This document shows positions 1 through 11,630 of a stretch of DNA of 64,000 nt, piece by piece (position 1 is the first letter of the stretch; every line of letters starts with the position of its first letter). Source of the stretch: Hyaloraphidium curvatum SAG 235-1 (taxonomy: Eukaryota > Fungi > Monoblepharomycota). Location: positions 930,001 to 994,000 of the forward strand of contig JAIVFI010000003.1 of the NCBI GenBank assembly GCA_025558095.1, in the 5' to 3' direction. A model generated the notes under the pieces. It searched no databases. It was not told the DNA's origin and was given only the letters and a program-made list of their open reading frames with translations. Both the position numbers and the translations under genes were made by a program.

Positions 1-3000
1 GACCCGCCACCCTCCGCGCCCTGGTCCGGTTTCTTCTTCCGTTTCCGCTTCTCCTCCATCTCCCGCTGGTGCCGCTCTTTCTTTTCCTTCTCGAGCTTCC
101 GTGCCCTGGCGTTTTCGTTCTCCAGCTTGGCCTGCTGGTATTCGACGCAGAACTTCCAAAAGATCCCAAAGAATTCCTCGCTGGGCATTTTTGCCGACTC
201 CTCACCGAACATTGTACACAGAGCGTCGTAGTCGGCATCGATGCCATCAATCTTGGAGGTAAGGTCGTCAAGGAACGAGGCGGAGCTTGCGTGGAACTCC
301 TTCATGATCCTTTCGAAGTCCCCCGCGTTCTTCTTGGTCGAGCGCGACAGCTGGTTGAGAAGCACCTCAAGCTGTTCAACGCCATGCTTGATCCGGACAA
401 GGATCGCACGTAGGTCCGCCATTGTCACGCGGGTCCCATCCTCGACATCCACCAGCTCGTCGGTAAAATTGAGAAGATGCGGCATCTTGTCCTCAAACAA
501 CTGGGCAAGATAGTGGAGCAGAGTGTACTTGCGATCTTCAACCACCGTGGATTTGGTATCCCCGAGCCGCAGGAGTGCATCGAGCTTGAAACCATACGTC
601 GGCCCACGTTTCCCGTTCAGAAAGTTTCCCAAGCCAAGAATGACCTTGAGCACGTCGGCGAATTTGGGATCGCGGGAGCTGATCAAGTAGCCACCGCGCT
701 TGACCTCGATCCGCTTGACCGCGCTCTTGTTGATGGCATCGATGGCACGCCGGATCTTTTCGACCATTTCTGCGCCGTCGGCTGCCCCTTCCTCCAGAAA
801 CCACGCCCGGAAACCCAGCGCCCTGAGGCGAGCCTCGTAGAAGGGGATCTTCGAAACCGAGTACATGAAGCGTTCCGCCGGAGCAAGCGATTGCGGATCG
901 TCCTCGTGCTGTGAGAGCACGCCAAGCTCATCCTCCGTCGGCACAAACTTGAGCAGCTCAGTAATGAGCTGCGTAGGAAGCACCGCGTCGTCGACTTTTG
1001 ACATCGCTTCGACTAGCTGCTCGGAGCTCAGCTTGGAAGCCCTCAGAGTGATGTCTGTGCCCCAGTGTCAGATACCCCGAAGCAAGACCACCAACCAAAG
1101 CGAACTCACTAATATTCTGGGAACGCTTCGAGTCCAGGAACGTGACCTTTGTGGCGGCTGTGGGCTTCGTCGCGGGATCTTCCTCTGGCACCTCCTTCTT
1201 GACAAACTCGGCGGAGAAGACCTCCTCAAGCGTCTCGTATTCCTTGAGAAGCTTGCCCTCGAGAGATCGTTCGTCGGTGGTTGGCTTCGCGAAGGGTTCC
1301 GAGAGGTGCGTCCAAACGGTGTTGCGAATCTGAAACGGGGAAAGTTTGGTCCAGTTGAGCGACTTGACGTTCTTCTTCGGCTTCGGGACGCCCCAAGACC
1401 ACGGTGCAGGCGGCAGCGGATGACCGGATTGGATACCGGGGGGAAGCGGCGCTGCGGGTGGCGGCGGCGGGCCGGGCGGGCCCGAACCAGGCGGCGGCGG
1501 AGGTGGCGGTGGTCCCTGCAACACCTAGTCACTCAACATGGGCCTGAACATGTGTGCGAGAGCATACTCACGCCACTGGAAGGAGGAGGCGGGGGCGGAG
1601 GTGGCGGACCACCACCGGGCATTGGTGGCGGGGGCGGAGGAGGAGGAACGCCGCCGGAGATAGGGGGCGGAGGGGGAGGAGGCGGGATCGACGAGCCCGG
1701 CATTGCGGTTTGTGGGGGCGCTGCAGGAATGCTGGAACCTAGTGCGAAGTCGACGGCTATCAGACGGCAGGGAAGAAAATGCACGTCAGGGACATACCCG
1801 ACGGCATCGGCGGTGGCGGTGGAGGAGGTGGAATGGTCGATCCCGGCGCTGTAGGAGGCGAGAAGCATAGAGCGCGATCATTAGACGGCACTACCATGCG
1901 GCCGACATCGGAGGCATACCCGGCAACATCGGCGGCGGCGGTGGAGGAGGCGGGATCGACGGGCCGGGAACAAAAGGAGGTGGTGGTGGCGGAGGAGGAA
2001 TGGACGAAGTCGCTTCCTGGCCTGGCTCTGAATCGGCGATCGGCGACGGCTGCGGGTCAGAGGCTAGGAATGACGACCCTCATCAGAGCAATCGTGGGCT
2101 ACGAACTGCGAATCAACTCACTAGCAGGACCATTCGCCGCCTCTTTCGCAATTCCTTCGAGCCAGAAGCCGTCATTCGCGCTGGCGTCAGCTCCCCGATC
2201 CGCTTCCTCGTCGTCCGAAAGCCCGTCCCTTCCAGCCTTCTTCGCCAAGGCCATCGCGAGGGCAGAAAGCTTCTGCTTTGGTGTGCTCGCGGATGGAGAA
2301 GGGGGGCTAGCGGGCACGTCCGTGGAAGGGCTCGCCGTGGATCCGGGTTCTGGGCTCGGCCAGCTAGCGTTCCGAGGCGGAGATTCAAAGAGGGGATCGG
2401 ATGCCGGTTTGGGCGACGGCATCGCGCTTTGAACCGGCGACCGGAACTGCCTGCGAAGAGTTTCGGTCGCCTCCTCCGCACTGCCAAGGGGAGAAACAGC
2501 TGAGAACTCCTCCTCGGCCAGCAATAGACCGTCCCTGGCAATTGTGACGTGCTTCAAAGCCTCTCGGATCTGTGCCCGCATGGCCGCCGTCTCGGCTGTC
2601 CTGTCGGATTCGCGCTGCGATGCCCGCGAAAAGGTCCGGAAGCGTTCAACTCCTGAGTTGCGTCGGGGTTCCTTGAGTCCGAATCGGCGCCGCGTCATGC
2701 TTTCTCTTGCCATGCGCTTCTGCAAGTGCACCGGACCGCTCCATGAGTCTTCCGATCGCTCGTCCTCCGAGCCCTCCGATTCCGCAGATACGCGAGACGA
2801 TGCCGGCGTCTCGGAGCGCTCGTATTCCATTCTCTCCTCCAAAGGATCGAGAACCCGGCCCAGCAAGGTCGAGTAGCTGCCATGCAAGCGTGCTGCACGC
2901 GGCGACCGCGGTTTGCTCTGTGCTTCTCGCGGTTCCCGAGTCTGAACGGCGACGCCCTTTGCCGCAGCGACACCGGCAAGGGCGGCCAACACCGCAGCTT

Positions 3001-5629
3001 CGTAGAGAGCACCACCGGCTTCGCCGAGTCCTTCGGTGGCGGCATCGATACCCAAAACGGCGGCCATCGCATCCAGATCGGCGTCTGGGCCGGCAGTAGC
3101 GCCTGAAACAGCGAGAACCGCCTCCCTGTCCCGCTCGGCGAGTTCGGTCGCAACCGTGAGCTGAAATTGCACATCGGTGAGCTGCTTCTCGAGACTCTCC
3201 GGGGGCCGTGAGTCGTCGTCTGCACTCTGTTCCGAAAGCGAGACGTCTTCGCCCGCATGCTGAACTGGCACCGCAAGAACTCCCTCGTCCGCCACCGTCG
3301 CCTTGTACCGTGACAGAGCGTTGGTCACCGCGTCGCTGAGCTCGCGCATTGCTTTGGAGCAGCCATGTCTCTCCACCTCCATTCGCCGCCTCATCCTCCT
3401 CGCCAGCGCGTGCGACGCACTCTCCCTCTTCGGCAGTGACAGCAACGGGGATCCAACCGGGGTTGGCGCCCCCGAGGCGGCAGGCGTTGTTGAAGCCGAT
3501 CCGGGGAGCGATCCCTGCGCCGTTCCTTCCGGAACGCCGGCCACCATGGCGTTGAGCAGCTCCGCCGCCCCGAGCGCTCTTCCCAGAGCATCCGGGTCGA
3601 GGTGCGATTCGCCGAGTGCCGCCGCGCTTTCCGCCAGCCATCCGACCACGGCCGCCAGCGGCGCCTCCGAGCCTCCGGGCGCCGCATCCGTCCAGCGCCT
3701 CGCGCGTCCGATCCGGTCCCACACCAGCCTTGCCGAACTCTCGCCCAGGACCGCAGAAGCTGCGAAAAGCTCGGCAACGAGCCTCCTTGCGTTCCCGCCG
3801 CACCTCTCGGGCGGAGCCAGAAGCGCCCCGGCCAGCAAGTCCGCGAGCGGCATCGAGCCGCCCCAACCCTTTCCGGCCGGCACAGGGACTTCCATGGCGA
3901 GCACCTCCTCGGCCGTCGCCCCGTAAGCGTCGCGCTGCGCCAGCGCCGGCCTGGCGCGGAACGCCGGCGTCCCCGCCGGAAAGCCCGCCGCGACCCAGTC
4001 GAGCGCCTCGTTGAGTGGAAACGCCCATTCCTCGGGGCCCACCGGTACCGCCAGCACCGCGTTGATCCCCGCCACGGCGATCTTTGTCCAGCCCTCGGCA
4101 CGGGCCCGGCTGCCCTCCCCGTAGGAGCGCGGGATCCCGAGCTCCCTCGCCATGCCCGCCGCCGCGATCCGGATGCCCCCGCCGGCCGCGAAGCGCCGCA
4201 GCCACGGGATGCTCCTCGTCCGAAGCACGTTCACGGTCAGGTCCTGCAGCAGCGACAGGCGATCCTGGTTCTGGGCGAGCTCCGCGCGGAGAAGGTGCAG
4301 GAAGGAGTCGACGCCGTCCGACGGACCGGGCGGCAGGGGCGGCAGCGAAGGCGGGTCGTCGGCCTCCTCGTCCTCTTCCGCGTCCGCGTGGTCCCATTGC
4401 CGAGACAGGTTGGAGTGAGGTCCGGAGCCCGCGCGCCGCCGCACCCCGCTCGGCGCGCTCCGCCTTCGCGCCGCGGAGACGGTGCTCGGCGCCGGCGTGG
4501 GCCTCAGCAGGAGCACGTCCTCGATGGGCTCCACGGAGTCGCTGGTGACACTCTGTTCGGGCTGATCAGACCCGGGCGCCCCTGCCACGGGGGCGACGGG
4601 ATCCTTTGATCCCGAATCCGCGTCCAGCTCCCCCATGCCCAAGCCCACGAGAGCCGAGGATTCGATGTCCTGCACCTCCTCGGCAACAGATTGATGCGGC
4701 GTTGATGGCGAGGAAGAGCCAGAGCGGGGAGAACGCAGCGACGCTACCGAGGGCGGCCGCAGGCGCAAAAATGGCGGCAGGGGGAGGATGTGCTTCGCCG
4801 CGTCTTCTAAAGGGTACGTTACGGTGGCATGCGGGAGCGAAATGGGTACGGAGAGGCGCCTTCGCCGCTCCAGTGTCCTTGTGTCGCCAATGTCCGAAAC
4901 CGACTTTGCCCTCGGCCGATCGATCCAAGCCGTTCTTCGCACGACCTGTGGCCCTGGCGACTCGACGGCCACAGGCTTCGGCATCGGCTCCGCCAGCGGC
5001 CGCAGGTCGGTTATCGGCCTGGGCGGAATCTTCGCAAGATCCGACAGGGACATCGCCCTCGGCCTGTCCACCCATGACGTCGGTCCCGGCGCCTCCTCCT
5101 TGTCTTCGTCTGCCATCTCCGCACCGAGCAGATCGAGCAGGCCATCGAGGGCGTCTGCGGCCTTCGTCTCTCCCGTCGAGGAAGGTGTCTCCCCGCCCTT
5201 TTCGGGGGAATCGGGGAAGGCGCCGGGTGCCCGTGCAATTTCGGCATCCTTATCCAGCGCCAAGTCCGTGTCCGAAGGCAGCGCCACGTCCGCGGCGTCC
5301 GGCGCCTCGTCCACCGCCCGCCGCGAGGCGGCGGCACCCGGAGGCTGCTGATCCAGCGTCGTCGGCGGCGAGCCCGCGGTGGGCTGCCTCTGAGGCGTCC
5401 GCGGCGGGTCGCCGGGAGGCGCCTTTGCGTCGCCCGCGGGGGCGGCCGGGGCGTCCGGCAGGGGCCGCGGGGTCGGGTCCTTCGGCTGCGGCGCGGGCGG
5501 CGGCGGCGGCTCCGCAGCTTTGCCGAAGACGCGGCCGATGCCGCGCGTCCGCCGCGGCGACCCGGCCGGCGACGACGACGGCGGGGTGCGCGCCGTGCCC
5601 CTGCGGGGGGACGACGACGAGTTCCCCAT
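1..5629 (-). CDS. Formin (FH1 poly-Pro plus FH2 domain); 3' end runs off the window
   Basis: ORF 2099..5629 starts MGNSSS. Inferred GT-AG introns at 2064-2121, 1849-1919, 1739-1797, 1516-1571 and 1055-1109. Poly-Pro FH1 tracts are followed by FH2 motifs KSLNWTKL, FLDSKRSQNI, ELLKFVPTEDE, ILGLGNFLNG, GFKLDALLRLGDTKS, TLLHYL and EEFFGIF. Confidence 0.95.
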
Positions 5630-6146
5630 GGAACCCGGCCGGCCTCCCGTCGGCGCCCGGGAAGTCTATCTCGTTGCGCTAAGCTTGCGGATCCGGCGGT
5701 CTGACTGGATCCATGTCGAACGCCCGGCGTTGGGTGCGCGAGGGCGGGTCGATCAAAAGTGGAAGTGTCGGAAGTGAGGGACAACGACGAGTCAGCCAGG
5801 TGCTCGAGCAGAGAGCGTCCCCAAGGCGCTCGAACGGTCTCAAGGGCCTCGAGAATAGTTCATTGTAGTTGATGTTAGCTGTGGAAGCGTAGACAAAGGA
5901 CAGCGGGGCCTGGATGCCCAGCGCGGCGTGCTGGTCGGCTCGGATCCCCGAAAGACGCCAAAGCTCGTGATTCAGCGCGCCTCGATCATCGTAACATCGG
6001 ATGAGGGGGCTCAGGACCAAGTCGGAATGCAGCTTCGCCATATTTAAGCGCGATACAGCAACGAGCATGTCGATAACTACGGTTCGACAATTCCAGGTGC
6101 CAGTCCATGCCAGAGCCGTCCCACTTCGCAACACATCCACAGTCTC

Positions 6147-6995
6147 TTAAATCGGGTCGAAGTAGTTGCTCGACTTGAGCGACGCCACGACCGTGCATGC
6201 CGTCACGGCAAGCACGAGCACGCCTTCGACTGTAAACGATGCCACGTTGAGCGTCGTCTTGCGTTCCGCGTCTGCCGGGGGCCGAGCGCCCAGGTAGACC
6301 TGCAGCCCGACGAACGCGAAGAACAGCACCCCGCAAAGGCTCGAAAAAACGAGGATAGCCCACGCCGCCGCGTCCCTGCTACCGGTGGCGATCAGCTCCG
6401 CCGAGTAGTACAGGTTCGTCCCCGTGTTCCCGAGCCAAAACAGCATCGCCCCCGCGAAATGGAAGAACGACGAGCACCGCTCCATCCAGTTGGAGCCGCC
6501 TGCCACGGCGGGCAGCACAGCGCGGACGAGCGGGCTCCTGCCGTCGTCCTTTCGCGGTTCCCATTCCCCGCCGTCCCCGACCCCGCCTTCCAGCCCTTTC
6601 GCTGTCCGTCCCATGGTCTTTGCCCAGACATCGGCACCCGGGCTTCCGGGTTCCTTGTAGGAGGGGAATATGGCGACCAGGCCAATGGCGAGGACGAACA
6701 CGAGGTCCAACGGGAAGTAGCCGCGGCGTCCGCCCGAATTGTACCCCTCTATCAGCAGGCCCCCCAGGGAAATGGCCAATGCCATGGTCCCGATCGCCAG
6801 CAGCCTGCAAGCGAACCAATGTCGGCTCCTTGGCGCCGAGCAGTAGCTCGATATCGTGGAGTGCTCGGCCGCCACGCTGGGCCAGTCCGTGTAGGTCACG
6901 TAGAACCATGGGGCCAAGATGAGAACGGCGAACGCCGCAATAAGGGTGAGAAAGAAGTGAGCAAAGGAGAGGGTCGGGGAACACGAGGAAGACAT
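6147..6995 (-). CDS. Multi-pass membrane protein, Frag1/DRAM/Sfk1-like
   Basis: Single ORF with about 6 hydrophobic helices. A TISSYCS..P segment after TM1, HFAGAMLF and a terminal helix containing Glu (ASFTVEGVL) resemble the Frag1/DRAM/Sfk1 pattern. Confidence 0.6.
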   Translation of the reverse strand: MSSSCSPTLSFAHFFLTLIAAFAVLILAPWFYVTYTDWPSVAAEHSTISSYCSAPRSRHWFACRLLAIGTMALAISLGGLLIEGYNSGGRRGYFPLDLVFVLAIGLVAIFPSYKEPGSPGADVWAKTMGRTAKGLEGGVGDGGEWEPRKDDGRSPLVRAVLPAVAGGSNWMERCSSFFHFAGAMLFWLGNTGTNLYYSAELIATGSRDAAAWAILVFSSLCGVLFFAFVGLQVYLGARPPADAERKTTLNVASFTVEGVLVLAVTACTVVASLKSSNYFDPI

Positions 6996-7190
6996 CGCGG
7001 TGTCGGCCTCGGCGGGGGCGAATCCCGGTTCCTGAACCAAGCAATGCACTCAGGTGCCTGCAAAGAGCCCCATAAATGACGTCTCGCCGGCCCGGCCCTG
7101 CGTTCGTTCAACAGGGACGCGAGCAGAGGGACGCTGCGGCGGGAACTCCGGATCGCCCTATCATCGTCTCCAACCGCAACCCTTCGCCCG

Positions 7191-8093
7191 ATGGAGCAGC
7201 CAAAATACCCTCCACCTCCCTACGAGAGCCTCTTTTCCGAGGCCAACCCGTTCCCCGCGCCGGGCCAGGTCCCCGCGGGCTGGATCAACACGTCGACCAT
7301 CCCCGTGCAATCCTCCCTCGCCTGGAGCCAGATTGCCGCGGCACCGCCCCCGCCGTCCTCCGTATCGGTCCAGCGAGAGAGCGACGGCGACGTCGTATCC
7401 TACGACCCGCGTCTGGACAGCAATGCCGAGGAGCTTTGGCGGTTCGTGGTGCAGTACGGGGGCGAGATGCCCGGGCTCGAGGTGGAGATCGAGGGTTGGG
7501 ACACCGAGACTCGTTATGCCCCGAGGTCGTACGGGGACAACGTTGCCCGCGTGGAGGAGGCCACGTCGGCGGGCTCGCTGCCGCGCAACACCCAGTTCTA
7601 CATCATCATGGACCTGAGCTCGTACCTGCCCCCGTCGCCGCTGCGACTGGTCGATGTGCAGGGCAGGCCAATCCGGGCGGCACTTGATGACTACGTTTCC
7701 TCAAAGAACGAGCTGAAGGAGCTCGTTGTCACGAAACAGCTTCTCTGGGACTTTGAGGAGCTGAAGCATGCCATTTACGGGATCGTCAGGCAGGCCGGCT
7801 GGGAAGGCCTCGTGGACATCCGCCTCAAGTTCGTCCGCAGCAAGGTCTACGCCCGATCGAGCTCCTCCGTATCGCAGGCGGCCAACAACCCGATCGTGCA
7901 GTGCTGCATGGTCGTGACGTGCCTCTGGATCTGCGCGGCGCCGGCAAAGGCCGCGACGGGGAAGAAGGTTTCGACACTCGTGATCGAGTACCCGGCGCTG
8001 GCCCCCGTGCGCGAGTTCTACAACAGAAACTACGGGGTCATTCGCGATGCCGTCGAGAGGAGGGTGCAGCAAAAGATTCGGGCGTGGAATTGA
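7191..8093 (+). CDS. Conserved fungal-type hypothetical protein
   Basis: 300-aa intronless ORF with natural composition, an N-terminal PPPY motif and segments YDPRLD..EELWRF and SKNELKELVVTKQLLWDFEEL. Confidence 0.75.
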   Translation: MEQPKYPPPPYESLFSEANPFPAPGQVPAGWINTSTIPVQSSLAWSQIAAAPPPPSSVSVQRESDGDVVSYDPRLDSNAEELWRFVVQYGGEMPGLEVEIEGWDTETRYAPRSYGDNVARVEEATSAGSLPRNTQFYIIMDLSSYLPPSPLRLVDVQGRPIRAALDDYVSSKNELKELVVTKQLLWDFEELKHAIYGIVRQAGWEGLVDIRLKFVRSKVYARSSSSVSQAANNPIVQCCMVVTCLWICAAPAKAATGKKVSTLVIEYPALAPVREFYNRNYGVIRDAVERRVQQKIRAWN

Positions 8094-8349
8094 ACGACAA
8101 CCCGCGAGTATAGACGGAGAGAGATTTGAGACTCATACCACATAGATAGGCTGAATGCGGTCATCTCGACGCTCATGAATGAAAAGTGGTCCTTTAGAGC
8201 CTTATGTCCCATGCTCAGGACTGCAGCTCTACAGATCTGCATTGTGACCAAACATCCCCACGGCTTCGAGATCCGAGATCGAATCCCCTTTCGCAAAGCA
8301 TTCATTCGCACAAGCAACGCGTTCCGACGCGTTTCGGAGCTCCGAAATC

Positions 8350-9363
8350 ATGCGGAAGTACTCGATCGCGATCCACGGCGGAGCCGGGGTCATTGACAAA
8401 CGGAGCGTTACGCCGGAGCAGGAAGCCGTCTACAGGAAGGCACTTCGGGCCGCGCTGGATTTGGGCTGCCGCGCGCTGGAGGATGGTGGAAGTCCGATGG
8501 ACGCCGCTGTCGCGTCAGTCGTCTTTCTCGAGGACTGCCCGCTCTTCAACGCCGGTCGAGGTGCTGTTTTCAACATTGCCGGGAGTCACGAGCTCGAGGC
8601 CGCTGTGATGGACTCGCAGATGCGCATCGGCATCGTCAGCGGCCTCGTGCGGACGAAGAATCCGATCAAGCTGGCCCGATACGTGCTGGAAGAGCTTCCG
8701 AGTACCAACCACCTTTCAGGACCTGAGGCAGAGACTGCGCTCCTCGAAGCGAGTGACCTTCCAACGGTCGAGAACGCCTACTTTTCCACGGACCTGCGCA
8801 AGGCCCAATTGGATCGCGTTCGGGCACGGAAGGCGGGCCCAGACGCACCCCTGGACCACAACGTCCGCGTGGACCCGACGGCCGTGGATTACGACGCCCT
8901 GTTTATGGAGGTCGATCAGGTCATCTTGGACCATGGTGGCATGGGGACCGTGGGCGCCGTTGCTTGGGCCGAAGGCATGGGAGTCGCAGCGGCAACGTCG
9001 ACGGGCGGCTTGACGGGCAAGCCCGTCGGTCGACTGGGTGATACGCCCGTGATCGGTGCCTCGACCTGGGCACACCCCGATACCATGGCGATTTCGTGCA
9101 CCGGGACGGGGGAGCAGATCATGCGCGGGGTCGCCGCTTACGACATCCACGCCAGGATGCTCTACCGGGGCGAGGACGTCGAGACGGCGACGCGGGGAAC
9201 CCTGGAGAGAATGCCCCGCGGATCCTGCGGATGCATCTGCGTAGATGCGCAATCCGGGAAAGTTGTGATGCACATGAACACAGGGGGATGTTTCCGTGCA
9301 GCACGAACCCCGGACGGGACCACGAGCGTAGCCATCTGGCAGAATGTAGAGACTATAGAATGA
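8350..9363 (+). CDS. Isoaspartyl peptidase / plant-type L-asparaginase (Ntn hydrolase)
   Basis: Motifs IAIHGGAG, PLFNAGRGAV, G|TVGAVA (Thr nucleophile), ATSTGG, GRLGDTP and SCTGTGE; intronless. Confidence 0.95.
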   Translation: MRKYSIAIHGGAGVIDKRSVTPEQEAVYRKALRAALDLGCRALEDGGSPMDAAVASVVFLEDCPLFNAGRGAVFNIAGSHELEAAVMDSQMRIGIVSGLVRTKNPIKLARYVLEELPSTNHLSGPEAETALLEASDLPTVENAYFSTDLRKAQLDRVRARKAGPDAPLDHNVRVDPTAVDYDALFMEVDQVILDHGGMGTVGAVAWAEGMGVAAATSTGGLTGKPVGRLGDTPVIGASTWAHPDTMAISCTGTGEQIMRGVAAYDIHARMLYRGEDVETATRGTLERMPRGSCGCICVDAQSGKVVMHMNTGGCFRAARTPDGTTSVAIWQNVETIE

Positions 9364-9502
9364 TCTGATGGTCCGATTCGTTTGATTCGGAAAGTGACGT
9401 GGGCCGGGGCGATCGCTGCGCGCGATCCTTTGCCACCGGCCTCCCTCGTTTCCAAACAGCCTATCTGCACGGCCTTCGTCAGTCAATCACGCGCCAGCAA
9501 CC

Positions 9503-11490
9503 ATGCCTGTACGTCTCGGATCATGCCCTGTCCGGGAGCGCTCGCCGTACTCCGCCGTCTCGGCCCAGCGGCTGACGCAACGATGTCTCCCGCTCTTGCG
9601 CTCCCACCCATTCTCACCGCCTGCGGGACGTCCCGCTCCAGTTCCAAGACGTGCAGGAGATTCAGCTCGGTCCCACCAAGGCCAAGATCCACACCGGCTT
9701 GTTCATCAACAACGAATTCGTGGCCTCCCAGAGCGGCAAGACGTTCCCGTCGATCAACCCTGCTACTGGGGACGTCATTGTCGAGGTCCAGGAGGCCGAC
9801 AAGGCGGACGTGGACATCGCTGTGCGTGCTGCCCAAGCCGCCGCCGAAGGATGGCAGAAGGTTCCCGGCGCCGAGCGCGGGAAGCTCCTGTGGAAGCTGG
9901 CAGACCTGGTCGAACGCGACAGGGAATTCCTCGCTACTTTGGAAGCACTCGACAATGGCAAGAAGTGTGTATGGTGTGCTTGGCTCGGATTTTGTCTGAC
10001 AAGGTGCTGGCAGGGTGCACGTCGCCAAGGCGGGCGATCTCGGCGGCATCATCGCAACCCTGCGCTACTACGCCGGCTGGGCCGACAAGATCCATGGCAA
10101 GGTCATGATGGACGAGCCCAACTTCTTCAACTACACCCGCCACGAGCCCTACGGCGTGTGCGGTGCCATCATTCCCTGTTCGTCATGCGGAACCCACCGA
10201 TGCCTTCAGCTGACGGACCGTGCCTCGCAGGGAACTTCCCCGCGCTCATGCTGGCCTGGAAGCTGGCCCCCGCGCTGGCCACCGGCAACTGCCTCGTGCT
10301 CAAGTCCTCCGAAAAGACCCCCCTGAGCGCGCTCCAGATCGCCGCGCTCGTCAAGGAAGCTGGCTTCCCCCCGGGCGTTTTCGCCGTGCTCTCTGGTTTC
10401 GGCCCTGGCGCCGGCCAGGCCATCATTGAGCACCCTGACATTCTCAAGGTCGCGTTCACCGGGTCGGGCCGCACCGGACGCCGCATCATCGAGGCGTCCA
10501 GCAAGTCCAACCTCAAAAAAGTTTCGCTCGAGCTGGGCGGCAAGTCGCCCGCGATCGTGTTCGAGGACGCCGACCTGCCCGCCGCCGTCAAGTGGACCAA
10601 CGACGGCGTGTTCCGCAACATGGGCCAGGTGTGCGCGGCGGGGACGCGCATCTACGTGCAGAAGTCGATCGCGGAGGAGTACATGAAACTCTTCAAGGAG
10701 ATGACTAGCAAAATCAAGCCCAGCGACCAGTTCAACACGGATTCGACCCACGGACCTCAGGTGGACAGCATTCAGTTCGAAACGATCATGAAATACATCG
10801 AGGTGGGTCCGATCGCGCATATCGCACCCCGCATCAGTTGTCTCACCACTTTCTCTACAGATTGGCAAGACTGAGGGCAAGCTCGTTGCCGGCGGTAACC
10901 GCGTGGGCGACAAGGGCTACTGTGAGTTGCTCGGTCGTTCGCCGTCATCGCGTTCTTGACCAGCGTCCCTTAGTCATTGAGCCGACCATCTTCACCGACG
11001 TCCCCGAGACCGCCCGCATCATGCGCGAGGAGATCTTTGGCCCCGTAAGTTGTCCTTGCACGCGTGGATTAGCGACTGATGGTCCGTTCTAGGTCGCCGC
11101 CATCAACACGTTCGAGACGGAGGAGGAAGTTATCAAGCGCGCGAACGACACTTCCTGTGGGTCTACAACTTTTTGTGCACCTTTTGCACCCTTTTCAGTG
11201 CTAATTACCCCCCAAACAGACGGCCTGTACTCTGCGGTGTTCACCAAGGACGTCAACCGCGCCATCCGGGTGGCCAACGCCATCCAGGCTGGCACCGTGA
11301 CCGTCAACAGCTATGGTGCTGGAGGTGGAGTCCAAATGCCCTTCGGAGGTTTTAAGGAGAGTGGGCAGGGTCGGGAGCTGGGGATCTACGCCCTCGACGT
11401 GGGTTCCTCGAGTTTTCGGCGGTTTTCCGATGCTGACGCCCATTCCAGCTCTGGACGCAGGTCAAGTCGGTCAAGATCAACCTCGCATGA
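9503..11490 (+). CDS. NAD-dependent aldehyde dehydrogenase (ALDH1/2-like), 9 exons
   Basis: Motifs [13 protein letters not shown] (spliced), [31 protein letters not shown] and [15 protein letters not shown]. Introns at 9509-9641, 9965-10013, 10178-10230, 10803-10860, 10922-10973, 11045-11092, 11157-11219 and 11399-11448. Confidence 0.95.
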
Positions 11491-11630
11491 TTCTTTAAGT
11501 TGTACGGTTTTTTGATGGCAAATCGGACCGATTGGAGTGGACTGTGACCTGGGCGGTCTCCTGAGCGCGCTTGGCGGCCACAGACTAGCGGGACCAGCAT
11601 CCCCCTCAACTCCCCCAAATCAATATCGCG

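Noticed and set aside
2646-4397. Long alternative-frame and antisense ORFs (e.g. 2646..4397, 11352..13517, 15022..16629, 44060..47128)
   Set aside because: These are Arg/Gly/Pro-rich shadow ORFs expected from high GC and codon bias, and they overlap well-supported genes.
5679-6140. 153-aa minus-strand ORF upstream of the formin
   Set aside because: No recognisable motif and a non-ATG start; probably intergenic or UTR.
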